DNA of 64,000 bases from contig CM022670.1 of the NCBI GenBank assembly GCA_012295275.1, forward strand, positions 10,044,001 through 10,108,000, in the 5' to 3' direction. A program made the position numbers and the translations under genes. This DNA comes from Chrysomallon squamiferum (taxonomy: Eukaryota > Animalia > Mollusca). Positions 1-12,923 of this stretch are shown piece after piece. Position 1 is the first letter of the stretch. Every line of letters starts with the position of its first letter. The notes under the pieces were generated by a model that worked only from the letters and a program-made list of their open reading frames with translations, was not told the origin of the DNA and searched no databases.

Positions 1-208
1 ATCTGGTTACATGTATTTTACAATGAAGACTTGGTGAAGGATATAAGTCAATTCAAAACATTTGATGTCTTTAATGTTATACTGAAATACATTTACTGTA
101 ACTAAGAAAAAATGTTCTTGGACATTTAATTATTTATACTGGTTGTGAAAGACAAATGACTTAATGACTGTTAATATTTCACAGTTATGTTTTAAAAAAT
201 GTACTTAC

Positions 209-3200
209 TAGGTGGATGATGTGAAACTTGTTCGGCAATAAAAGCCAGGTTATCCTTTGAAGACCACGGCAAAGGTCCATCCTCCACAGTCTCCTTCAAC
301 AAGAATGTACGTTTTTATAGAGTGTATATGTAATTATAGCTGTAGATATCTGCAATACTTTTACTATAAAGACTGAAATTTTAAACATATCTACATCATT
401 TATATATTTTTCTATTTATGTGAAATATGCAGATATATTTGGGAATGCTTATAAACTAGTAAATTACGTTAAAATATTGTGTGTCTACCTCTGACTATTT
501 TACTGTTCAATATTTCAGAAGACAATTCTCATGTAAATATTATTATATTAACAGTAAGTGACCATATTTGAAAATTAATGTGAAACAGGTGCCAAATACC
601 TTCTCTTTTTTTTTTTTTTTATATTCTTTCATTTTTACCAAACAATTTTGAATCAGAGGAGAAAATTTACTGTTGCCATTCTTTGGGATACTTTTATCGA
701 CTGTTTTAAAGAATCTTCCACTGCAATGGAAATTAACACAGCACATATATATACATACTAGGAGTTATTTATATGTACAAAGTGTGTATTTACTTTGCTG
801 GTTCCTGTTTCTGGAAGGCTCCACACACACTGGAATGTCTCTCCTATGATTGGGTTGTAAGGTTTTTTAGCCACAGATGTGTTTCTGCCTGCATGAAACG
901 CTGACAGGTACCATCGAACCACCTGCACCATTCTCTCTCCTGGCGTTTCTAAATCTGCTATTCTACAAAAAGATCATAATAACAAAACTGGATGATGATA
1001 ACGATTATGGTAATGATGATGATAATGATGATGATAACGATGATGAAGATATAAAAAAATGTTTACATGTTAAGAACTGAAAATTATATTTTAATTTAGG
1101 CTGCTGTGATACAATCTCATCTCATCTTATTAAATAAAAATAATAATAATGATGATGAAGATGAAATGTTAGATACATAATTATGCAACCAGTAGCATAC
1201 AAACTTGTTTCCCCAGTTCATACCATCCATAAATGAAAAATAAAAAATCTAAATTTTTTTTTTTTTTTAAATTCAGTTTTTAAAGGCTGACAATACATGC
1301 ATCAATACAACACAATAGAAAAGGTTAATTATATTTTATTATTTGAGTTAAAACAGGGCAAACTCAAATATTCCACTGAGAACCAGTTCACCATGTATGA
1401 TCACAGAAGAATAAGATAATAAACCATCCCAAATATTCCAAATATGTCACATCTCAAAAAGAACACATAAATGTTATTTCTATCTTATCTCTTAACTTGA
1501 ATTAAAAAAAAAAAATTTAAAAAAAAAAAAAAATCCCAAGAATTATAAGAAAATAACAAAAAATACTGAATAATTTACATTCAGTTTTATCATATCTATC
1601 TCCTTGTTAAAAGAACAGAAAAAAAAAACAACACGTAATATTTGTTAAAAAACGTCAGGTATTAATTTACGAGAACAAAAACGTTTAAAACTCTTACTTT
1701 ACAAAGAGATCGGGATGTGCGAAGAAGTCAGCAAACATCTCCAGCAACGACCTCCTCTCCAGGATGAATGTGGGGAGGACAACCTTGGTCAGGTCCATGC
1801 CAATACGGACCTGAGATAAAAGGTGAGCAATAATACTGCCATGCTGTTCCAGTGAGCCCACTGAAAACAATCATTTTTACAGTGATAGCAATTTTATTTA
1901 AAATTGTTTTGTATTATTATTATTATTATTTTTTATTTATTTTTTTTTTTTTCAGATTAATACTGTCTTTTTATGTCAATATTTTAGAGGCCCTGAAAGC
2001 ATTTATTTGTACAGTGATAACAATTTAATCAAATTATTTACTATTAATTATTTAGATTTTTGGATTTGTTTATTTATTTATTATTATTATTATGTTTCTT
2101 TTCTTTCCATAAAAATTTGGGACACTAATTAATATTGGTCTAGTAAATTGTTCAGCAATTTACTTATTTTTCACATTTTCTTGATATTTATTCTATATTA
2201 ATTTTGGTGGTCTTATTTATTTTGGGATTTTTTAAAAATTAATCATTTGTATGATATCAATTTTGTCATGGTTCTTTTCATCAGCAGCCTATATTTTTGT
2301 TATTTTAACAAATCATTTATTTTTATTTTATATAACATATATATATATTTTTTTTTTTTTAACTGATAACTTGTAAAACTGCAAATTGATAAAGATTCAT
2401 TTAATCTTAATTTTATATTTATTAGAATAAATAATTTCTAAAATAAAAAAATAATAATTAAATAATCTTCAAAAGTTGATGGATGACAAACACTGTAAAA
2501 ACTTACAATCTTCTTTATCCACTTCATCATAGAGTTCTGAAAAAAAAAAAAATGTCCTTAAAAGTCTTTTAATATCACTAAATAAAAAATGCAATTTTAC
2601 AAATATTATTTATATATCCTTTAGATCAAATCTGATTTAATTACGAAATACCTTTACGAAACTTTGAGTAATTAAATAAAGATACTGATAACATAACTCT
2701 TTAAAAAAAAAAAAAAAAAAAAAGGTTTTTTTTCTTCACCTCATCCTTTTATTTTGCTGCCATCCATTATTTATTTATTTATTTATTTATTTTTTAAAAT
2801 ATTTACATTATTAACATAACTGTGTGTGCATGGTCCTTTGTGCAAATCTTTGCAGCTTTTTCTAGGTAAATATGTACAGAATTAACTAAGATTACAAAAA
2901 AGATTTACCATCATAATAGTCATCTTCTGCTGCTATGATTGTTGGACCTGCATGATTATTTTCATTCAGTTGCTCTGGCTGTGAAGGAATGTTTTTCCTA
3001 AACAAAAAATTGAGTTAAATTTTATACACACACACATTACACATTAAAAATTTGCACATTATTTATACTCTTGTGTTTTTTACAAATTTTCTTTTTCATG
3101 TTTATTGGGGTTTTTTGTATTAATAATATTTATTACAATTATTATTATTTTTATTTCATTCATTTTTCTTAATTTGTTCTTTTATTCATTTTTCTATTTT

Positions 3201-6200
3201 TACTGGGGTTCTTTTATCCATTTTTTTTTTTTTTTTTTTAAATTTTATTCATTGTTCTTTATTATTTATTTACTAATACAATTAAGTATTTTGTTTTTAC
3301 TATTATTTATTTATTTATTGAAGTATTACTCTTTTTTCTTATTTTTTTAATTTTTTTTTTTTTTAATTTTATATGTTAAAGAATTAAAAATGAATACTTT
3401 GACAGACAAACAAAAATTATACAATACAGACACTGCATGCAGAAACAAATGAAAGAAAAAAAATATATTTTTTTAATTATATCTATCTCATTATATATAT
3501 TAAATATCTCACTGTGGACTTGACTGCTGTGATTTTTGTTCTTCTGCGTCATAGAATTCTTCATCATCACTACTTGAGTAGGAAACTTCTGGAACAAGAC
3601 TTCGATTTCTTTCTAAGTTTTCTTCAGCTTCAGGAGACTTTTCTGAAAGGTACATAAAGAAATTTTATATTTTATACTGTTATTAATTTTAAAAATATGA
3701 ATTATGATAATATAATGATAAAAAATCTAAATAAAAAATAGATGCACACTAAAGAGAAAAAAAAAGCTTTTAAAATTGAAAACAAAATTTAATATAACCT
3801 TTCAATTTTATTCACTATCTATAACAAATTCTAAAAAAATATGAAATAAAATGTTAAAAAAATACACCTCAATTTATTTTTTTAATTTTTATTGCTTTTT
3901 ATGCAGATATTCAAGTAACCGACAACAACTTTTTGTTTTCTCAAACATTTATATTTCTTTAGTTAATGAAATAAAAATTATATTTTAACATCTAACGTAA
4001 TATCAGTCCAAAATTAAAACAATACCAACTGAAAATCAAACAACATTGCTGTAATTAGGCTTTCCTCAAAACAAAATACACAGAGTAAATAATGAATATA
4101 TTATAATCTCTGAAAGTTCTGTTTCTTATGAGTGTTTTTCCCATGTGGGTTGACTGAAGGACAACGTACCTGAACTAGCGAGGTTAATGTTAGGAAGTGA
4201 GGTGCTGCTGCTGACCATGCTGTGAACTGCGTCGATGCCCTGCTCCACCCGAACATGGTCAGAGGAAGCTGAGGTAGGAACTGTGAACAGGTGAGACGTT
4301 TAAGTATGGGTTAAATGTAACCTAGGTAACTGGGTTAATTATTTCATTACCATATGAAAAATCAAAGTAATGTGAATTGTATTACTGAAAGCACGAAACT
4401 AAGTTAATAATCTGAATTTTATTACTGAAAGAAAGAACAAAACTCAGTAATTGATGAAAATTATATTACTAAATGAAAATAATAAATAAATAAAAAAATT
4501 AAACTTCAGTAATCATTCTGAATTTTATTACAAATTAATAGAATAAAATCAAGTACTTAATCTGTATTTTATTACTAAATGAAAAATAATAATAATAATA
4601 ATTAAAAAAGTATCTGTATTTTAATACTAAATGAAAAGATCAAAGTTGATTAATTAATCTGTTAACTATTCAGCACTAACTTTGAAAATATCATTTCGTT
4701 ATCTTCTCAAGAAGTATGTTTATGTGTATGTGTGTGTATATATAAATATTCAAAAACAGATCATATTCAATTTACAAGGATGCTTAATTGTTCAAAAATT
4801 TTAAAGTTTTACTTGTAAATACCATTCAGACAATTTTAATGTTTCTTAACAAAGGTAACACTAACAAAAAATAGTGCAGTTTGGTGCAAAGTAACAAAGT
4901 TAAATAGCTAAGAAGAAGTATAAATTAAAACTAACTTTTGGGGTGCCAAAAAGTTAGTAAAGAATAACCATTACCACAGTGTACCAAAAAACAAGGCAAA
5001 AAATGAAAGAATGTGTTTAAGGATATTTCATTATATTGTTACTTATGTTATGCCTAACATTCTGTTTTGTATAATAACAGGATACAGAAGTTACTGTATA
5101 CTTCTTAAGTCATCAGTTTAAATTATTTTTATTATAATTAATAATATGTGTTGAGTATGTAAATAGGTTATAAAGATTGGTTAAAAAAAAAAAAAAAATG
5201 AATTACTGCAAACAAAAACACAACCAGCTGAAACATATGTTGATCAGAATACTGCTGTTTTTATGTTAACCAATGTTAAAGACTATTCCTAAAATGCAAA
5301 ATGAAACAATAATAATAATAATAATAAACAGATAAATAAATAAAAATAATAAACCTAAAGTCTTGCTTTGATCAAAATGGTTGAAGTTGGCTTCACTGGT
5401 CAAAAGTGGAAGATCTGGTAATGTACCATTCAGAACTGGTTCTTTTAAACTTTCCTGAAAATAAAATTAACTTTTAATTAGTAAATTGCAACCAAAATTT
5501 GTGTCTTTTGTTTTTTTAGTATTAAATATTTTTTACTTACTTTGGCTAAGTGCAATTTCATATTTCAAAGCGTATATATATATATATATATATATGCATA
5601 TTTTCTTTATTATTTTATTAAAAAAACCTCGGGTAAATATTTTGCTTTAATTTTGGTCTAAAGTTAATTTCACCACATATAAATATAATTTTAAAAGAAT
5701 GTTAAATATCAAGACCAGGTATTCTAGGACACATGCAGTAAGATTTACATGTTATATATATATATATTTTTTTTTTTTTAAATAAAAAAAATAATTATGA
5801 TAATTATAACTCGGATATAACAACATACTGAAAATGCAAGTACATTTTTTTTCACATTAATATATATATTACATCCTATTACCTTAATTAATTACCCATG
5901 CATAACACACACATATGCAAGATTTACATGTTAGTATTTAATTTATTTACAATTATCATATTTATATCTTTCTATCTATCTACACACTCATTATTTTCAA
6001 AAACAGATCATATTCAATTTATAAGTATACTTAAATGTTTAAGTTCTTGTTAGTGTATATATATAAACTAACATGTAACATCTTACATTTATATATGTTA
6101 TGCATGAATAATTACAGTAACAAGGATGTAATGTATGTTTTAATTATGAAACAAAATATATTTGCATTTTCAGTATGTGGTTATTTTTAAGTTACAATTA

Positions 6201-8843
6201 TCATTATTATTTTTATTATTTTCTACATGCATTTAATAATAACAATAACAATAATATTTTTTAAATATTATTATTATTAATAAAAAAAGAAAAAATGTTA
6301 GAACTAGCATTTAAGTCAGTTACTGTATCACATATGAATAATTTATTTGACATGCATGGGGATCCAATACCTTCATCTATTAATCTAGATTAATGAATAA
6401 TATTAGTTAATAGTGGTTGTTTTCAACAACAGTAAATATAAAACAAGCATAATAAAAGAACATACCTTTTACCAAAGTCATCCAAATATTTATTAGCATA
6501 TAAAAGTTTGTTTTCACAATTAATTTTTGTTCAGTTAAATTTATATTATCTTATCAAAGATTTTAGCTAATGGTGATTAAAATATAATAAAATAATTTTT
6601 TTGTTCATATTAGAAAATCTCTTTCATCATTCTTTTCATTTTAAATGAATAGATATTTATTAAAGACACCTCAAAATATTTTGTTAACAATTACAAGTTA
6701 TTTTGTTTTAATAATGATATGCACAGTTACAATCTTAATGATCAAGCTAGAAGATATATTTCACATGAATCTTACCACAGACACGAATAAATATTATTTG
6801 ATAAACTATAATGCATTCACTGTAATTTTAAAATAAAATTTTTAACCATAGTGCATGCTAGAAAAATAGAAAGGTTTGTAAGATTCTTTGTTTTATTTTT
6901 CTTGCTCCAGCAAAAAAAAATAATTATGAAATTTAAACACTTTAGGCTAGATTTCATTTGAAAAAGGCACAGAATTAAAATAACTTAATAATTATTATAT
7001 TAGGACTTTCACAGAATACTCCTGAAAAATTAAAATCACAATTAGTCTGGTTCAAATATTTATCAAATATGTTTTTAAGTTTTTCTCTCCAAACCTTACC
7101 TAACCATTTGTTAGCATCAATTCAGCATACAGGCATTTTAAATAATAAATTAAACAAATGACAAGCCGTGCAAAGTGCTTGCAATCAGGAAGGTTATATA
7201 TCACACAGTGCAGTTACATAAAAGGACTTACACATATAGGCTGCAGTATTTGACCCTGTCAAAATATTGTTTATTTTCAGTCTCACTCAACTGAATTTCC
7301 TTTCTATCCTATTTCAAATAAATATTATGTGATTTGCCAGGTATTAAGTGCTAAGGGGGATTTTTGTAAATTTTAATTCATTTGGTAAAGAGTAATGGAT
7401 TTTCATTGTGAGGATTGTGGTAAAGCCACAGACATTAATATTGTGGAGAATCAGTATAATGATGAAGTTTTATGGAATTATGAATATTTGGTTTCATTAT
7501 ATATTCAGTGTTTTTGAGTATGTCCAGAAAGCTTTTAACAGCTTTAGAAAGGAGGGAAGGTTCTGTACATATAAAAATACATACCATGGGAGTTTGAGGA
7601 GGACAAATGGGTTCATCCTAAATTTGACAGAACACAACCTCATTATGGTTAATTTATTAGTTAATAAGCACATTAGTCTACTACATTTTTATTGTACTTT
7701 ATGGTCTGAAATGTATTATTTGATGATTTTTAATAACTGATACAGGTGTAAATTAAAATGTATATACTACAGTATGCCACATATGTAAAAAAAAAATTTA
7801 TTATATTATGTTAAATATTCTGTGTGTCAGGTGTTATTTTCATAAAATGTTTAAATAACTGAATAACAAAAACAAAAACAAAAAATCACCAACATTTTTT
7901 AAAATTAAAAACAAATGCTCCCCCCAAACAAATTAACAGAACAAAAGATAGTTATGCATAATTAATGTTTTATGTGCAATTATTTTGACATTCAAACCTC
8001 ATAAAATGTTAGTTCAGTGAAAGGAGACACAAAAAAAAAAAATAATAATAATGCCTAAAATAAATGACAAATAAATAAATATTTGATGAAAACAATAAAT
8101 TTTGGTGAATACCAAAAATTAAACACAAACAGTAATATCAGCATTAGTTAAATTTGTTTCAAAACTAAAAAGCAAATTCATCTCTAATAAAAGCTTATTT
8201 GGATTAAGTTTTTTTCATACAGATAAAATTTTATCAAGATAAAAAGAAAAACCTTTGTAATCTGCATCATAACAATGGCATGTTTGATGGCCTCCACCAT
8301 TCCCTGAAACAGAAGATTTTGGTTTAAATCCCCTAAGTTAAACTAGACAATATATAACAAAATACAGTGCTACAAATATAAATGAAAAGATGATCACAAA
8401 GTAGTAAAATAAAAATCTGGATATATGAAACATGACTATAAAGTATGTGTGTTTGTGTGTGTGTGTGTGCATGCATGCATGTGTACTTATGTGTTTATGT
8501 ATGTATGTGTTGTGAGTATGTATGTATGTATGTATGTATGTATGTATGTTTGTATGTGTGTGTGTGTGTAGGTTTGTATGTATGTATATATAATAAAATA
8601 TAATAAAGTATTAAAAAAATAAGCAAAGAAACTCTGCACAGGATTAATTATGCCAAAAAGTCTTTAAATTTTCCTTACCAACTGAATGAGAAGCATTTGA
8701 AATTATAATAAGGAAGTAATGAACTATGTCTGATAAAAAGTTAAAATAATTACATCTGCTGTTACTTTGATGACACTGTATTTTTCTTTCTCTGCTGCAT
8801 CAGGACATGCTTCAATTCTTGTCTCAAGGGCCTGAAGAAATAA

Positions 8844-8878
<35 letters not shown>

Positions 8879-10886
8879 ACAAATAAACACACACATACAA
8901 ATATATGTACATACACTCATACACAAACACAAATATATATCCATTTATCTATCTGATTATTTACATACAGACATAGATATACATATATATATGCACAATG
9001 TTAATAATTTAAAATAATAAAAATGTACATAATAATAAAATATACATAAAAATATTAATATGATAATTTCACTTCTATTTTAAAAAGAACTAGAATTGAA
9101 AATACATCCTGTGCTTTATGAAGATATTATTTTTTTGATTTTTTTGTTTTTTTTTTTTTAATCTGCCCACTTATTACATTATAAACCACTTTAAAAATGA
9201 CAACCACTTTAAAATTTTTATTAACTTTTTGATCCATACAAAAATATTGATTAGTGATTGCTGGCAATTTTTTGTCTCATGTAAAGAAATATAACCAAAT
9301 TTTTAAAATTTGTAATGACAACCTTTATTATTTAAAATTCTGCTCAAGTGTATATCCAATTTTCTTTCTTTAATATTTTTTTTGGATGTGTTTAAAAAAT
9401 ATTTTCAAATTCAAAACTGTATTTCAAAAAATAATATTAATAATAATTAAATAATTAAACATGCTTTGTTAATTAACTAAATAAAAAAAGTTACCTGTAT
9501 CTGATCAATCAATATCTGAAGATAGGCATCAGTTTCCATCAATTTGTGATCAAATTCTTCTAAACTGGCCGAGCCTTTAGGTTCAAATTTCTGAACAAAA
9601 ATACATTTTAATAAATCCCACTTACTTTTACACATTTACAAACTGAATACTACAGAAATAACACATTTAAATATTAAGAATCAAAACTTAATTTCACACA
9701 TTATGATTATGATACTTATCATTATTAATTAATGAAAGGTATAAAAATCTTCTAAACCAACTGATCGTTCACGTTCAAATTTCTATATGAAGACACATTC
9801 TAATAAACCATACTTTTATATATGTCCAGTTTGAATAACTTTACACTGACATTAAATATTTAAACATTAAGAATCAAAACTTAATTTCATTCAGTATGAT
9901 ACTTATTATTATTATTATTATTAATTAACGAAAGGTACAATTTTTTAAATTTATCTCTTGCTCAGTATAGAGTACTTTTATTTTATCACTAGATGATAGG
10001 TCTAAGGTTGGCACCAAATTTTCAGTTATATCCACTAACCATGCCCTGGTAACAATATGTTTTATTTTTTGTATATACTGATAATTTACCTTTCCTGCTT
10101 GCGAATGTCTGTAAACTGTATTTTCTAAAGCAGCTATCCACTGTTCACGCTCATCTGCATCTCGCGCTGCACAGTTAAAAATTAAATTAAAGATTTAGCT
10201 TAAATCTAAAGTACTGGTATTATGTGTAATGGGCTGCAGATTCAGTCACTTGACTAAGGCTACTTCTCAATCAAACAAGGTCTGTATTACTGTTAATCAA
10301 AGACAGTGACTTGTGTTTTTGTTTAACATCACTGTGATAAGATTAATGCCTCTTGTTACTAATTAACTGCACCTGCAGAATTTTATTTCTTTTGTCCCAT
10401 CATCAATGAGTAAAAGAACCATTTGCTGGATGTATACTGTCCATTATATTAAAATTCTCAGGTTCTGTTACATGATGATGAAACATTTTGAATATAAACA
10501 AATGCAGACAAAGATACAAAGAAGTTAAATAATAAAACTAATAATAAAATTAAAAGAAATAATAATAATGAACAAAAAATGTTTTATAACATTATACGTG
10601 ACTAGGTGTGATATAAAAATAATGAGAGTAACTTTAAAATGAAAAAAATTCTGATGCTAAAATATTTATGTGTGTGAACCTTGGAAGTGAAATGTTTTAA
10701 GATCTACAGTGATGGTAAAAGTGCTGTCATCTTCATCATCTATACCAATAACAGCTCCCTGAAAAAAAAAAAAAAAACAATAATATATGTCTTAAGAATG
10801 CAAACATTTTATCATGTAAATTAATATCTGGATGGTGTGCTTGTCATATCATTAAAATACGATTTTGTGTTTGTGTATCTCTCTCT

Positions 10887-10977
<91 letters not shown>

Positions 10978-12750
10978 CTTGTGTGGTAAAGTTTAACCCT
11001 AAATTTGTTTGAAAGTTTGGATTTTAATCAGTCTTTTTATATTTAACATCATAAATGTGACCTTGTTCAATACTGCTTGCTAGTATTTTATACATTTTTC
11101 CATGCACAACACACTGTTTTTAATTAGAAAATAAATTAAACTTTTAAAATGAAACAAACCTTAAGTCTGACACAACCTCGACGTGATCCCCTCATCATTT
11201 TGTCTTTTGACTGAAACAGAAAGAAAAAAGAATAATTAATTAAGTAAATTATACTATTTTTTTTTTTTATTGACTATAGAATTTCAAATATAATGAAAAT
11301 GTTTTCCAGTAATACAGTTCTACTACAGGATCAACAAAATTCTAAATCTAGAATAAAAATTCCAAAAATTTCCAAAAAAGATTTCGAAATCATATTTGTG
11401 ATTTGAATGGATATTAAAACAAATGATAAATATATAATAAAACTGCACTTTAATAAACAGTGAAATTAATTTAAAAGTTTAAACAGAATATCATATATGA
11501 TAAAACATGTAAACAGGTTGCTAAACATATTCATAGTTATGACAAAAATAATGAATAATAATTTTTATCATTTAAAAATTACAATACATGATAATTAATA
11601 TGACCTAAAAAAAAAGTATTGAATTTTTTTTTAATTTGAGTTGTAAAATATTATAATTTCTAAATAAATATTTATTGTTTGAGGCATTCCTTTAATGTAG
11701 CTTTTTACATTAATCAACATTAAATTTACTTTTATAATAATAATAATAATAATAATAATTTTAATAATAATTATTTATTTATTTATTTATTTATTTTTTA
11801 TTTTTTTTTGTATTATTATTTCCTTTTATACAAAAGGAAGTTTTAAAAGTTACAAGCCAATTTTTAAAAATAAAATTCACATTAAACATTTCATTTTGAA
11901 AGCATTCAAATTAATTTCAAAATTAAATTTAAAATTAAACAAAATGTTCTGGATATAAAATTACTGTTTTCCTACTGTAATTAACTTTTAAATTGAAATA
12001 TGACCTTGAATTACACAAACAAGATTGTTTTTAGATAATTAAGAAATAAATAAATAAAAAATAAAAATAAAACATCTTTTAATCAAAATAATTTAAATAA
12101 ACTGTTTTTAAAATATAATCAAATGATTTAATAATCTGTATTAAAACAAGAATTGTTGTTTTATAATTTTACAATGATTATAAATTAATAATTGGAATAT
12201 TGTTTGGGTTTTTCTGTTGTTGTTTTTTTAAGTTTTATAATTATTTTAAATTATAACTTAACTTTATTACTGTTATACTTATTAAGTAATTAACCTCATA
12301 TTTTTGAACAATGACATATATATATATATATATTTTTTTAATTAATTAAACTGTTAAAGTCTAATAAACGAATAAATTGTTCATTTTTTAAACAAGGTCA
12401 ATTTAACGTCGTTAGTTTGAGGCATGAATTGTCTAATTTCAGTTGTCGGATAAAATTCCTTCCTTTGATCACGAAGATCATTACAATCAGTTCTGACTTC
12501 TAAAATGAAGATCAAGATGACTTAGATAATAGATGTGATCGAATCATCGATCATACGATGATCATGGTATAACAGCATGACAACAGTTTATTTGACATCT
12601 GTAAATGAAAACACATTACAGTAAAATACTGTTATGTCTTACCGTATAATATGATAAAATTCCTGAATTTTCATCTAAAACAAACCAGCGATATTGCCAT
12701 CCTTTCATCACGTTTGTCCACTTGCTAAGTGGACCCTCCATGGTAGCCAT
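209..12750 (-). CDS. OSBPL9: Oxysterol-binding protein-related protein 9 (ORP9); 5' part of the gene, continues beyond the left edge of the window
   Basis: Manually spliced exons in transcript order, all GT-AG and phase-consistent: 12643-12750, 11160-11210, 10680-10758, 10090-10166, 9495-9590, 8754-8831, 8253-8303, 5355-5454, 4170-4280, 3513-3642, 2909-2997, 2507-2536, 1698-1860, 794-962, 209-293. N-terminal PH domain [66 protein letters not shown] motif EEFYDAEE in exon 3513-3642. ORD motifs [29 protein letters not shown] and [12 protein letters not shown], plus the OSBP fingerprint EQVSHHPP in exon 209-293. Confidence 0.95.
5785..6215. repeat. Degenerate inverted repeat (arms of about 150 bp, spacer of about 120 bp) in an OSBPL9 intron
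   Basis: 5785-5940 (..acatactgaaaatgcaa..ttacatcct..catgcataaca..ttacatgttag) is reverse-complementary to 6063-6215. Confidence 0.75.
7585..7617 (-). CDS. Candidate 33-nt in-frame micro-exon of OSBPL9 ([11 protein letters not shown])
   Basis: aaatttag acceptor and ATG|gtatgt donor; phase 0-0, matching the flanking exons 8253-8303 and 5355-5454; no stop codon. Confidence 0.45.
8516..8548. repeat. (TATG)n microsatellite
   Basis: Direct reading. Confidence 0.85.
9555..9940. repeat. Degenerate tandem duplication (period about 192 bp) spanning the OSBPL9 exon 5 acceptor
   Basis: gttcaaatttct..attaagaatcaaaacttaatttca..tatgatacttat..aaaggta occurs at about 9581-9741 and again at about 9773-9937. 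Confidence 0.75.
10891..10973. repeat. (GT)n microsatellite
   Basis: Direct reading. Confidence 0.95.
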
Positions 12751-12923
12751 GTTTGTTATTGCAGGAAGTACACCTCCTTCGTTGTTAGCCAATCAAAAAA
12801 ATGTGTTTAATAATATCCAATCAGAGGAAAGAGGGTGATTTGAAATGGAGAAATGGATGTCTGCAGCAGGTGCTTGTTGTCTATTTGACATGCATTGCCT
12901 GCCAGTTTGTTGACTCTTTGACC
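12751..12923. promoter_or_regulatory. Compact bidirectional promoter and 5' UTR region shared by OSBPL9 and DEPDC1
   Basis: 173 bp between divergent ATGs. CCAAT boxes at 12789-12793 and 12817-12821, CHR-like TTTGAA at 12839-12844, ETS-like CAGGAAGT at 12762-12769. Flanks retain CpG. Confidence 0.75.

Noticed and set aside
8762-8766. Alternative donor AAA|gtaaca in OSBPL9 exon 6
   Set aside because: The donor 12 nt further on (GAT|gtaatt) fits ORP9 spacing better. The shorter form is possible but unsupported.
12801-12923. Upstream in-frame extension of DEPDC1 (ORF 12801-13010)
   Set aside because: It overlaps the CCAAT/CHR promoter elements. Family similarity starts near ATG 12924, which has a good Kozak context (accATGG).
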